Shown piece after piece: positions 1 to 10,800 of a DNA stretch of 64,000 nt. A program made the translations under genes and the position numbers. Numbering within the stretch: the stretch's first letter is position 1; every line of letters begins with the position of its first letter. The stretch is from a virus (taxonomy: Duplodnaviria > Caudoviricetes). Location: IMG/VR virus record IMGVR_UViG_3300030330_005471, one strand, 5' to 3'. A model generated the notes under the pieces. It had not been told where the DNA came from. It did no database searches and was given only the letters and a program-made list of their open reading frames with translations.

Positions 1-9
1 TGACAATAA

Positions 10-2157
10 ATGATAATCAAGAAACTACAGAATCTGAGAACGAGACTCCGACAAGTACCTACTGAAAACAGGCTGGACGAACTAATTGGCACTTATTACA
101 ACTCCGATATGGAGCTCGAGCCACCCAACCTTAATTATTCAGTTGTATTTAAGAATGAGACCTATTCCCCACACTCTTCTAGAAGAACAGAACAGATAGG
201 TGTAAAATTTAACTCTAGACAAGATAGGGACGAAGTAGCAGACTTACCAGAAGGATCTTTTACATATCATGATTTTGTAATAAAAAGACCCAATATAGAC
301 ACAAAATATATCTACAACTATGAGTTTTTTGATTATGAAAACATCACAAGAACTATGAATGAAATGAATTTGCCGTCTGGTTTGTTGTGGAGCTATTTAA
401 AATACTTTGGAGATAGTTATTCTTTAAAATATGATATTGAAAATATAGGCGGAAGTCTAGGCAGCTCACAGGTCTATCAAGTCTCAGCCAGACTTGGAGA
501 TGAAGATAACGAAGTCTTTGATAAGAGAAGTCAAATGTTAGGTGCTGAGCCTAAAAAATATGACGACAATTATTTTAGGTTTTATACTAAAACAGTTTTA
601 GATATGTCTCCCAACTTTTCAGAAGACTGGCAAAAGAAACAACAGAACATTTTTATAATGTACAATCAGCCAAAGGATATAGACTATTTACCACATTGTA
701 TAACATTTAAAATAGATTCGATAAAAGATGATGAAGAAGATGATATTATTTCGGATATATTAAATGACAATGAATTGTCAAAGTTTCTGTTTCTCTATAT
801 GAAAAGAAACGAACCAACAATGGTAAATTTCTTCGACACAGTTGAACAAAAAGAATCTTCTTATAAAACTTGGAATTTGCTCCAATGGCTTGTATCAGAA
901 AATTTTTCACAAATGGATGTCCTAGATGATGAAATAATGTTATATGACAGAAGAGATCCGGACCTTGCTGGTCTCAGGAGGTATTTGCCTAGAAGATTTA
1001 GAAAAGTATTGGCTCTGGCCCAGATAAGACAATATATAAAAACTCATATTCCTAAATTTGAAGACGTTATAGAAGGTAAGCAAAGATGCCGCTCAACAGT
1101 ATTGGGATATAAAATAGAAAAATCCTTAACAAAGGACGGCCCAACATTGCAAACCTTTTATACAGAGGGTCGTACAAACAATTTTATAGACACTCAAATT
1201 GGTTATGACAAAAGATACTTCTATAGAGTCAGTGAGTTCAGGATTGTTATAGGCGGTGAATATACTTACACTACAGAAGCGGTTCCGAATACTTTTTGGA
1301 GAACAAGAGTCGAGCTCGAATCAGTACCGTCTATTCAAGTTGTAGAAAGTCATGTACAAACTTTTGCGTACAAGATAAGCACTCCTCCGTTGTACTCACC
1401 AGACGTTTTGGTTTCAAACGAGGAGCCTATAAGAAACAAGATAAAGTTCTTCATCTCAGATTGCTATGGAAACACTGTTAAGCACACAGAAGAAATAGAC
1501 AAAGTATTAGACTCTGATCTTGTATTCTATGAAAATTTGAGACAAGCAGACTTTATTGATGAACATAACCTAGCTCGTTTCTTTTCGAGATCAAACACTG
1601 GTAATTTCCAAGTGTTCAGAATAGAAGAGAAGCCAGAAACTTATGAGGATTTTGCTAACGGCTTAATAGGGACATTCAGTAATCATTCGGAGTTTAAGGT
1701 TGATCAAGAAAAGCATGCTGCTTTTATAGATTATCTTAGACATGAGAAAACTTATTATTATATGTTTAGAAGTATTGATCATCATGGAAACCCCGGAAAA
1801 CCTTCATACGTCTTTGAAGTATATTTAATAGAAGATGCTGATGAGGTGTTACTGAGATACAAAGCATATGACATCTATAAGAAGAAAGAAAAATACGATA
1901 CCACAAAGACCTTTAGAAAGTATATACAAATAGTTCCAGCATACAAGCACTTACCTTTCGACGAAAGTCAAGCAAATATGGTAGCTAATGTTGAGAATGT
2001 AGCACCAGAACAGAATGTAAATTGTTTGGGCATAACAGGTGGAGAGGCATTGTGGGATTACAATAGCAGCAATTCGTATATTAAGTTGAGAGTAACATCT
2101 AAAAAAACAGGAAAAAAGTTTGATCTCAACTTAAGATTTAAACAAACAAAAAATTAA
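10..2157 (+). CDS. large putative virion structural protein (FN3-like motifs)
   Basis: 715 aa; in-frame stops upstream so ATG 10 is the start; two FID...Y.Y segments resembling FN3 strand ends; leads a structural cluster. Confidence 0.4.
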   Translation: MIIKKLQNLRTRLRQVPTENRLDELIGTYYNSDMELEPPNLNYSVVFKNETYSPHSSRRTEQIGVKFNSRQDRDEVADLPEGSFTYHDFVIKRPNIDTKYIYNYEFFDYENITRTMNEMNLPSGLLWSYLKYFGDSYSLKYDIENIGGSLGSSQVYQVSARLGDEDNEVFDKRSQMLGAEPKKYDDNYFRFYTKTVLDMSPNFSEDWQKKQQNIFIMYNQPKDIDYLPHCITFKIDSIKDDEEDDIISDILNDNELSKFLFLYMKRNEPTMVNFFDTVEQKESSYKTWNLLQWLVSENFSQMDVLDDEIMLYDRRDPDLAGLRRYLPRRFRKVLALAQIRQYIKTHIPKFEDVIEGKQRCRSTVLGYKIEKSLTKDGPTLQTFYTEGRTNNFIDTQIGYDKRYFYRVSEFRIVIGGEYTYTTEAVPNTFWRTRVELESVPSIQVVESHVQTFAYKISTPPLYSPDVLVSNEEPIRNKIKFFISDCYGNTVKHTEEIDKVLDSDLVFYENLRQADFIDEHNLARFFSRSNTGNFQVFRIEEKPETYEDFANGLIGTFSNHSEFKVDQEKHAAFIDYLRHEKTYYYMFRSIDHHGNPGKPSYVFEVYLIEDADEVLLRYKAYDIYKKKEKYDTTKTFRKYIQIVPAYKHLPFDESQANMVANVENVAPEQNVNCLGITGGEALWDYNSSNSYIKLRVTSKKTGKKFDLNLRFKQTKN

Positions 2158-2203
2158 ACAAAAACACTAATTAATGATAGTTACAGACAATAGGAGTAAG
2201 TAA

Positions 2204-3145
2204 ATGGGATTTCAAGATAACAGTGGAGACATCATATTTGATGTTGTACTAACAGACGAAGGAAGAAGAAGGCTAGCTGCTGGTAATTTTTCTATTACAC
2301 AATTTGCACTTGGTGACGATGAAATAAATTATGAATTATACAACACAAACGCAAGTAGTTACGATGCAGATTTAGAAATCTTACAAACACCTGTTTTAGA
2401 AGCGTTCACCAATAATCAGTCTTCAATGAAGAGTAAATTGGTAACGTATCCACGAAATGACCTTTTACATTTGACTGTTTTGAAACTTAACGAATTAAGT
2501 CCGAGCACACAAATGCACAGTAATGGCGCCTTTATGATTGCTGTTGATGGAACAACAGAAGATAACAATGGTGCCAAAACAGCCACTACAGCTGTTGCTG
2601 TTTCTTCAACTGGAGTTAACAGCGGATTTATGTTTGGTCAAACACCAGCTGGCGCTCTTAACCACATAAGAGTTGACTCTGGTTTAGATACCACCGCTCT
2701 TGCTCCAAATCAACTTGGAAAATACCCAGATTCTCTAAGAGAGACTCAATATGAGATTGTGATGGATACTAGACTAGGCGAACTTCTCAGTGTAGATAAC
2801 AAAATGAGACCAAAGGGCGTTACTGATGACGATGGTTTTACAACTTATCGTTTAAGTCTCGGAAGAGGTAGTTCGTTCATTAAAGAAAATCAAATTACGT
2901 CAAATAACACAGCAACACAAGTTATAAAAGGTCCTCGAGGAACCTATTTAGAATTTAAAGTTGCATCAAGTTTGTCATTGCAACAAAACACTTATCTTTT
3001 CAATCTGTTAGGTTCAGAAGGGACAATGACAAATGCCAGCTCAGCATCTCAAAATATCAAATTTATTGATTCAATTATCAAAGTTACTGGTTTGAATACA
3101 GGCTATTCTATCAATATTCCAGTCAGATATGTCAAAGTAGTATAA
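2204..3145 (+). CDS. putative baseplate/tail-collar structural protein
   Basis: RBS AGGAG; N-terminal DVVLTDEGRRRLA...ITQFALGDDEINY resembles tail-collar/baseplate proteins; CTAATTA motif upstream. Confidence 0.5.
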   Translation: MGFQDNSGDIIFDVVLTDEGRRRLAAGNFSITQFALGDDEINYELYNTNASSYDADLEILQTPVLEAFTNNQSSMKSKLVTYPRNDLLHLTVLKLNELSPSTQMHSNGAFMIAVDGTTEDNNGAKTATTAVAVSSTGVNSGFMFGQTPAGALNHIRVDSGLDTTALAPNQLGKYPDSLRETQYEIVMDTRLGELLSVDNKMRPKGVTDDDGFTTYRLSLGRGSSFIKENQITSNNTATQVIKGPRGTYLEFKVASSLSLQQNTYLFNLLGSEGTMTNASSASQNIKFIDSIIKVTGLNTGYSINIPVRYVKVV

Positions 3146-3159
3146 AAAAAGGAAACAAC

Positions 3160-4239
3160 ATGGCCAGTACATACAAAACATTATTAAAAACAGACATAGC
3201 GTCGACAAAAACCTTGTTACACGAAGCTATTCCAATAACAGGAACTATTGTAAGCGGAACATACGCAGATGGAAATATTAAATCTTATTCTCATGGAATG
3301 TTCCAATCAGTTTATGATTACCCATATCTAAGCTCATCAGCAAATCATATTTTTGATATCTCTGAAGGGTATTCTTCTGTTAGTAGTCTATCAGCATCAG
3401 CGAACAGCCAAAATTCAAAAAAGATAAATGTCTATAACCAATTAGCCCAGCTTGGCTTTGGGTATGACAAGAATGGTTCTATTGAAAGATTTGACGAAGA
3501 TGGTGACTTATCTGGTGGAACAAAAATTAATGAAGCGATATTCTTTACTTTTTCTCGACTATTGATTAAGGACGAGATCAAGAAAGGTTCTTTTGCATTA
3601 ACTCTTGGAGCTTCTTCTTCTTATGCTAATGCTCATTTACAACAAATAACAATATCAGATAAAGATGGAACAAATGGATATAAAGTAAATTCACCAGTTG
3701 GTGAGTATGGAATTCTTTATGCTTCTAACTCTGTTGGAACACCAATACATTCAAGCAAGCTTACAGACGGTTATGCTAAATGTGGTTTGATATATTACCA
3801 AGCTGGGATTGCCGTGTTGACAGCTTCTGTATTCATGTCGGCTTCTACAGGCTTTGGTCTCGCAACATCAGCGGTCATGAAGTCTACTGGAGAAACTTTT
3901 GAACAATTGTTGACCGGTTCGACCGTGGACATTGGAGGAAATGCGATAAGACATAGAATAAATAACCTTTCATTTAATAACACAACAGAATTAAATTCAT
4001 CAATATACTTCTGTCGTATTAACCACAATGAATTTAATTATTCTTCCAACCCGACATACGTTTCAGGTTCAGAGATCAGGGTAAAAGGTGGCATTCAGTC
4101 AAACAACCCTATTTCATATATCTCAACTGTTGGGCTTTATTCAGCCGATAACCAGCTTTTAGCGGTTGGAAAACTCTCAGAGCCCCTACGTAAGGACCCT
4201 ACCATCGAATACACCCTGAGAGCCAGACTAGACTACTAA
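3160..4239 (+). CDS. putative baseplate/tail-collar structural protein
   Basis: C-terminal YISTVGLYSADNQLLAVGKLSEPLRK motif of tail-collar-type domains; paralogous C-terminus with next gene. Confidence 0.5.
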   Translation: MASTYKTLLKTDIASTKTLLHEAIPITGTIVSGTYADGNIKSYSHGMFQSVYDYPYLSSSANHIFDISEGYSSVSSLSASANSQNSKKINVYNQLAQLGFGYDKNGSIERFDEDGDLSGGTKINEAIFFTFSRLLIKDEIKKGSFALTLGASSSYANAHLQQITISDKDGTNGYKVNSPVGEYGILYASNSVGTPIHSSKLTDGYAKCGLIYYQAGIAVLTASVFMSASTGFGLATSAVMKSTGETFEQLLTGSTVDIGGNAIRHRINNLSFNNTTELNSSIYFCRINHNEFNYSSNPTYVSGSEIRVKGGIQSNNPISYISTVGLYSADNQLLAVGKLSEPLRKDPTIEYTLRARLDY

Positions 4240-4240
4240 A

Positions 4241-5476
4241 ATGAGCCATGAAAAATTTCACCCAGATGATCTGTTCGTAAATACCATAAAAGCCCATCCG
4301 GAGTTGAGCTTTACGATATATAATTCTGAAGTGTATATTAACAACAAGCCAAATCTTGTTGGACAAAATGCAAATACTTTGTCTACTCCGAAAGGATACA
4401 TGAGTTTGTATGAATTAAACATTGATCGCTCTACTGGACTGATACAACCGATTTCCGGAGAACAGTCTTTGTTGATAGCGGACAGAAAGCGTTACAACAG
4501 TTTAGCTGGTATTCCACACAGAGATCCGACAAATCCAAACGATTTCGTGCAATACACGCCTTCTATTTCGGGTTCTTATCCAATGTCTGCTAGTATTACA
4601 AGAATAAACTCAACAGTCTCATCTGTTAATGTTGGCAACGGTGTCGTAAGTGCAAACAGATACATCTCGGCTTTACGTGTACCAGCAGAGAAATATGTAA
4701 AGTTTAGCAAACATTTTCAACTAGAAGGATCACTGAGCGGTAGCGGGCAAGTATTGACTCGCAACCTTGTAACATCCCCGGCCAATCTCATAAATGTGCC
4801 ATTTATATTTTTCGAATCAACTCTCAAAAGAGGTTCTGTTAACTTAAAATATTATATAACAGGAAGTTTGATAGCAGAATGTGCAGATACAAAACAAAAT
4901 GGGGAACTTATCGAGACAACTGGTTCAAATGTAGGAGCCACAGTTGGCCTTGTAATGTACGATGAAGGTATCTTGGTACTAACAGCCTCTCATAACCTTG
5001 ACGAAGGAAATAGCATTGTTTATGACGGCTCAACAGCCGCTTCAGCATCTTGGATGTACTTTGGTGCTGGTGCGAACGATGGCATAACTCATGACGCCAC
5101 AATAGCCTCGGCTTCTTTTGGAATAACAGCAAAAGGAACATCATATACTCAAGTGATGACAATGTTTTGCCACGCTAGAAAGGGAGAGCTAAATCATTCA
5201 AACAACCCGACAAGTTACAACTCAGCATCAGCCGGTCAAACAATTCAGTCATTTAGTACATCAAGCTATTCATATTCAGAACCACGAATACCTATTAAAA
5301 ATATTGTCTCTTCGTCTTACTCTGGTTATGATGAGGACTTTTCAAAAACAACTTACATATCAAAAGTTGGAATATACGATGAAGATGGTAATCTGATTAT
5401 GATCGCATCGTTGGCTACTCCGAAAAGAAAGAAGCTAAATGATGAGTTTACAATCAAATTAACTTATGATATTTAA
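4241..5476 (+). CDS. putative baseplate/tail-collar structural protein, paralog of 3160..4239
   Basis: Shared G(L)xxYxxGIxVLTAS, N(Y/H)SxNPT and YISxVGxY motifs. Confidence 0.5.
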   Translation: MSHEKFHPDDLFVNTIKAHPELSFTIYNSEVYINNKPNLVGQNANTLSTPKGYMSLYELNIDRSTGLIQPISGEQSLLIADRKRYNSLAGIPHRDPTNPNDFVQYTPSISGSYPMSASITRINSTVSSVNVGNGVVSANRYISALRVPAEKYVKFSKHFQLEGSLSGSGQVLTRNLVTSPANLINVPFIFFESTLKRGSVNLKYYITGSLIAECADTKQNGELIETTGSNVGATVGLVMYDEGILVLTASHNLDEGNSIVYDGSTAASASWMYFGAGANDGITHDATIASASFGITAKGTSYTQVMTMFCHARKGELNHSNNPTSYNSASAGQTIQSFSTSSYSYSEPRIPIKNIVSSSYSGYDEDFSKTTYISKVGIYDEDGNLIMIASLATPKRKKLNDEFTIKLTYDI

Positions 5477-5485
5477 AAAAATAAT

Positions 5486-5514
5486 TTGACAACCTCTAAA
5501 AGATATGTTATAAT
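5486..5514 (+). promoter_or_regulatory. sigma70-type early promoter (probably leaderless transcript)
   Basis: TTGACA-17nt-TATAAT with TG extension and A-tract upstream; ATG 7 nt after the -10 box. Confidence 0.85.
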
Positions 5515-5520
5515 ACAATT

Positions 5521-6033
5521 ATGATTTTAGGAATTGACATTAGTACAAGTAAGATAGGAATATCTATAATTGATTATAAAGAGAATCTAATCTTATCTGA
5601 ATTGTTGAAAATGAAAACCACAGATTCTCTAGAGAAAAGAACTGAGATCTTTAATCAAAAAATGATTCAAATAAGGAGGAAGCATGACATCAAAAACATA
5701 TTCATCGAACAACCATACATGGCGTTCTCGGGAGGAAAGACGACAGCAGTTACTATGGCAAAGCTTCAGCGGTTTAATGGTATGTGTTGCTATGCCATCT
5801 ATGATTTATTTGGCTTTCCTGCGTCGCTCATACAAGCTAATAAAGCGAGAGGACTCGTCGAACTTAAAATTAAAAGAGGTGACAACACGAAGCTCAAGGT
5901 TATTGAATGGGTTAGCAAAAAGTATCCAAAAGATTTTATAGTTGAATATACAAGACACGGTAATCCCAAGCCCGGAACAGATGATAAAGCTGATGCAATT
6001 GTTATAGCAAATGCTGGACTAAAAACTATTTAG
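5521..6033 (+). CDS. ruvC: RuvC-like Holliday junction resolvase
   Basis: ILGIDIS, IFIEQ and DDKADAIVIA acidic catalytic motifs. Confidence 0.8.
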   Translation: MILGIDISTSKIGISIIDYKENLILSELLKMKTTDSLEKRTEIFNQKMIQIRRKHDIKNIFIEQPYMAFSGGKTTAVTMAKLQRFNGMCCYAIYDLFGFPASLIQANKARGLVELKIKRGDNTKLKVIEWVSKKYPKDFIVEYTRHGNPKPGTDDKADAIVIANAGLKTI

Positions 6034-6051
6034 ATATAAAGAGGGAAAATT

Positions 6052-6756
6052 ATGTCAAATGATATGCAAACAATAATGGAGTCTTGGAGAAGAGCTAATG
6101 CCTTAAATGAACAACAAGAGTTAGAAAAATTCTTAGAAAGTCTGGATCAATTGGATGAAGGAGTGCTTGGTGATGTCAAAGGTTTGTTTGGTACAATCGG
6201 GCAACTAATAAAAAGAAAAGACAAAATACCATCTTTTGTGGCTCATATACATGATAAAATTATTATGCCATCCATAGAAAAAATAGAAAAAGTTTTGAAT
6301 TTGATAGAAGTGTCGTTTAAGTCAAAAACTGATCAAGACAGTTCCAATCTGTTGACAATTGCAAAGAAGATCGGAGAAGCAGTTGATAAAACTTACAATT
6401 TTCTTAAAAATATACCAAGAGGTTCGTGGAAAAAAGCAACAGCAGCAATAGGAATCGCCGTTGCTTTAAAATATATGGCTTTTAGCACATTGATAGAAAT
6501 TCCAATTGAAGAAGGGGCTAAACAGATTCTTCTATTTTTCAAGGAAGAGATAGTTGGTTTTGCACAGGATTTTCTAGGCGAAGCTCTCGTTGAAGCCCTT
6601 TCAGCAGCTTGGACAGGCGGTCTCCAAACATTTGTTTCATATTTATCTAAAATAGCAAAAGGTGTTTCTTTTGTAGCCCAAACCTTAGCTCCAGCTGTGG
6701 AGCCATTTCTAGCAGGCGATATTACTCTCACAAGATTCGAAGAAGAATTAAATTAA
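6052..6756 (+). CDS. hypothetical protein with MQxIMESWRR...LNE leader
   Basis: Leader resembles 19036..19749; own CTATTTA motif at 6026; hydrophobic helices in C-terminal half. Confidence 0.55.
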   Translation: MSNDMQTIMESWRRANALNEQQELEKFLESLDQLDEGVLGDVKGLFGTIGQLIKRKDKIPSFVAHIHDKIIMPSIEKIEKVLNLIEVSFKSKTDQDSSNLLTIAKKIGEAVDKTYNFLKNIPRGSWKKATAAIGIAVALKYMAFSTLIEIPIEEGAKQILLFFKEEIVGFAQDFLGEALVEALSAAWTGGLQTFVSYLSKIAKGVSFVAQTLAPAVEPFLAGDITLTRFEEELN

Positions 6757-6764
6757 GAAATAAT

Positions 6765-6792
6765 TTGACAAATATGTAAAACGTGTTATACT
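6765..6792 (+). promoter_or_regulatory. sigma70-type early promoter
   Basis: TTGACA-16nt-TATACT, TG extension, followed by GGAGG RBS. Confidence 0.75.
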
Positions 6793-6810
6793 AGAATTAC
6801 GGAGGATAAC

Positions 6811-7746
6811 ATGGAACAGAAACGAAAGATCGTTTCCGATATACTTGGAGGGTATAATCGGAGAGGAAACGAACATCTATATCATTGCCCATATTGCAAG
6901 CATCATAAAAAGAAGATGTCTGTCAACTTTGCACAAGGCGTATTCAAGTGTTGGGTTTGCGATACTCGCGGCAAAAATATTTACAGAATAGTTAGAAAGT
7001 TTGGTAACTACAACCAAAGACAAAAGTGGTTAGAACTCGAAGGTCGTTTGGACCTCACAGAGTTCGACAAACTTTTTAACGAGATAAACGAAGTAGAGAT
7101 CGAACAAGTTATCGACTTGCCAAAAGAAATGATCTCACTTTGTAACAAACATCTCCCAAGATCATCGCAGAGACCTTTGGACTATTTGCGAGACCGAGGA
7201 ATATCCATGGAGCAGATAAAGCTTTGGAAAATAGGCTACTGCCCAGAGGGAAGATACGGAGGCCGTATCATTATCCCATCATTTAATATGAACGGAGACG
7301 TTAACTATTTTATTGCACGTTCATATGTGGGACATAAAAGAAAATATCTCAACCCTTTGGCTTCCAAGGATATTATATTCAATGAACTTATCATTGATTG
7401 GGATGAACCGGTGGTTCTTGTCGAAGGCGTCTTTGATGCTCTCGTTGCAGGAACTCAAGCCATCCCTATCCTCGGCTCCACCTTAAGGACCAACTCTCGC
7501 CTATTCCAAGCCCTTTCTATCAATGATACACCAGTGTACCTAGGACTCGACGCAGACGCCGAGAAGAAGGCTTCTTGGATGATTAAAAGCATGTTAGAAT
7601 ATGACATGGAGATCTACAGAATAGACACATCAACAGTTGAAGATATTGGTTCAATGTCCGAGAGACAGTTCTACAATGCCTTTCAGAATGCCGAACCAAT
7701 AGAATCCGACTTCTACTTTTTTGAGCGAATGATTAGCAGAATATAA
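6811..7746 (+). CDS. dnaG: DnaG-type DNA primase
   Basis: Zn finger CPYC...CWVC, YLRDRGI, RIIIP, KYLN, TOPRIM VEGVFD and LDADA. Confidence 0.9.
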   Translation: MEQKRKIVSDILGGYNRRGNEHLYHCPYCKHHKKKMSVNFAQGVFKCWVCDTRGKNIYRIVRKFGNYNQRQKWLELEGRLDLTEFDKLFNEINEVEIEQVIDLPKEMISLCNKHLPRSSQRPLDYLRDRGISMEQIKLWKIGYCPEGRYGGRIIIPSFNMNGDVNYFIARSYVGHKRKYLNPLASKDIIFNELIIDWDEPVVLVEGVFDALVAGTQAIPILGSTLRTNSRLFQALSINDTPVYLGLDADAEKKASWMIKSMLEYDMEIYRIDTSTVEDIGSMSERQFYNAFQNAEPIESDFYFFERMISRI

Positions 7747-7755
7747 AAAAATAAT

Positions 7756-7784
7756 TTGACAAATCTCACGCGATGTGTTATAAT
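7756..7784 (+). promoter_or_regulatory. sigma70-type early promoter
   Basis: AAAAAATAAT-TTGACA-17nt-TATAAT with TG extension. Confidence 0.85.
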
Positions 7785-7812
7785 AAATCACATAAGTAAT
7801 CACGGAGGATAT

Positions 7813-10800
7813 ATGACTTATAAGATAGCCCATTTTGCGGATACACATATTCGTAATCTTAAATACCACGAAGAGTATCGTTTTGTTTTCAAACAAATGT
7901 ATCAAAAGCTTCGAGATCAAAAGGTTGATATGATCGTTCACTGTGGTGATCTCGCTCATACAAAGACTCAACTATCACCAGAATATTTTGCCTTAGCAGC
8001 AGAGTTTCTTAAGAACTTGGCGGACATCGCACCAACCTATATTATATTAGGGAACCACGATGGAAACCTCAAGAACTCTGGTAGAGAAGATGCTATTACA
8101 CCAATAGTGGAAGCACTAGAGCATCCGAGCCTTCACTTGCTCAAAGACTCTGGCAATCATAGAGTTGATGCTGGTCTGTCGTTTAACGTGCTTTCCATAT
8201 TTGACAGAGAAAACTGGGAAGAACCTGATACTAATGGTATTAACATTGCTCTGTATCATGGAGCTGTAATGGGTTCCACAACTGGTACTGGATGGGCCAT
8301 GGAACACGGAGATGATGATGTCTCTGTATTCAAAGGTCATGACTTTGCTATGCTTGGAGATATCCATAAACCGCAAATACTTGATACGGAAGGTCGTGTG
8401 CAATATGCTGGCTCGACCGTGCAGCAGAATTTTTCGGAAGGAACTCGTAAAGGATATAAACTATGGCATATCGATTCAAAAGACAAATTCAACGTACAAC
8501 ACGTCACATTTGTGTCTCCTCGTCCGTTCATGACCATTGACTTAGACAAGAGCGGTAATGTGCCTGAACATTATCATATACCCCGTGGTGCAAGACTCAG
8601 GCTTATTTCTCGCACCAACTTACCATCAACAAAGATACGTCAGGTTACAGATCTAGCCCGTTCTAAGTATAATCCGACTTCTGTTACCTTTGTTGATAAA
8701 AGCACATCAGAATTCACATCCTCGCTTGGAGAAACACAAAAGATGGAGAACCTTCGCGATCTCTCGGTGCAAGAGCGTTGGATTCGAGAATATTTAAAAG
8801 AATATGAACTTGATGAAGAAATAATGCAAGAAGTACTTGATCTAAACTCTAAATACAATAAGGAAGCAGAAAAGAATGAAGAAGTCAGAAGAAACGTCAC
8901 ATGGAATATTAAAGAGATGCGGTTTGAAAATCTTTTCAATTATGGATCGGGCAATAACGTGGACTTTACAAAACTCTCTGGAATTGTTGGCATATTTGGC
9001 AGGAACTACAGTGGCAAATCTTCTGTTATTGATTCTGCTTTGTATGGCCTTTTTAATACAACCTCCAAGGGGGAAAGAAAGAACGTTCACATCGTCAATC
9101 AAAATAAAAGCAACGCAAGCATACGAATGGTTGTCGAAGCAGATGGCCAAGAGTATCAAATATCTCGGAATCTTAATAAATCTAGTAAGACCGTCAAAGG
9201 AAAGTCCGTCATTAGTGCCTCTGGGGATCTTGATTTCCACAATCTCACTACCGATAGTTCTTGCAATGGCGATTCTGTAAAAGACTCCGATAAGAACATC
9301 CGCAAAGTCTTTGGCTCAATTGACGACTTTATGATTACATCTATGGCTTCTCAAATGGATTCTCTCTCGTTTATCAAAGAAGGTTCCACGAAGCGTAAAG
9401 AGATTCTTGCAAAGTTTCTTGACCTCGAGATCTTTGATCAGAAGTTTAAGTTAGCAAAGAAAGACTCTGCTGATATAAATGCTCTTATAAAAAGATTCAA
9501 GAACAAAGAGTTGGGGAAACAACTTACAATCAAACAAGAGACTATTGAAGAGATACATGATGATATAGATAAGCAAACAGATCTTTGTAAGAAACACACC
9601 AGTCGTTACGAAGAATTAGCAGCAGAATTTGCCAAGATAAACGAAGAAATTTCGTCTATCCCTACAGAAATTGTGGACATTCATGAAATTGAAGACGCAA
9701 TTGCTCAAAGGTACGATGACATCACAAGTGCTGAAAAAACAACTGTTTTATACAAGGCTACAATAGAAAAGAATAGGGAAATAGCGAACGAACTGTTAAC
9801 TCATATATCTTCTCTTTCTCATGAGCGTCTTGAAGCCTTAGAACAGTCTTGGAAGGATTATAACAAGAAGTATGTTGAAAACGAACAAGAGTTAAGCACT
9901 CTTGCTATAAAGAAAAAGAACACAATGAAAAAGATAAGAATGCTGGACAATCATGAATATGATCCCGACTGCCGTTTTTGTTCTGATAATAAATTTGTAA
10001 AAGACGCAAACAAAGCAAAAGAGGCATTACCGTCCATACAAGAAGAGATAAACACTTTGACTTCAACTAACGAAGAGTTGCTAGAGAAGATGAATTTTTT
10101 GGATATTGATTCTATACGTGCTGATCTTCAAAAGCACGAGAAACTTACAAACAGAAAGAACACTCTTTTATCTGAAGCTAAAAACCTAGAAATAAAAGCG
10201 GAATCTCTATCATCAAAGGTTTCACTATACAAGAACGAATTGGCTTCTTTGAAAGAGAAGCAAGAGGAGTATGAAGCCAATAAAAATGCTATTGAAAACC
10301 TTTCATCATTGGTGAGATCTGCACAAGCGGTAGAGATAAAGATGCTTGATGCAAAACAGCGAAAGGAAAGGTGTGACAAAAAGATACAAGACTATCTTGT
10401 CGAACTAGGCTCAGTTAAGCATTCCATAAAGACCATACGCTCAGAGAAAGCGGAGCAGGATGCCTTGGAAGGTGAGTGGATTGCTTATGATCTTTTTATG
10501 AGGTGTATGCATGCAAACGGCATTGCTTATGAAGTTATTAAGCAAAAACTACCGGTTATCAACGAAGAGATTCAAAAATGTTTGTCTACTATTGTCGACT
10601 TTGAAATTAACTTTGAAGAACACGGAAGAAACCTTGATATAAATATTAAACACCCAAATTATGAGTCTCGCCCCATCTCTATGGGCTCCGGAGCAGAAAA
10701 GACTATTGCTGCTATGGCAATCAGACTTGCTCTCATTGAGATAACAAATTTACCCAAGTCTACACTATTTATTATGGATGAACCAGCCACAGCTCTTGAT

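Noticed and set aside
7756-7812. N-terminal extension of Mre11-Rad50 from the TTG start
   Set aside because: The TTG is the -35 box of the promoter; ATG 7813 has a GGAGG RBS
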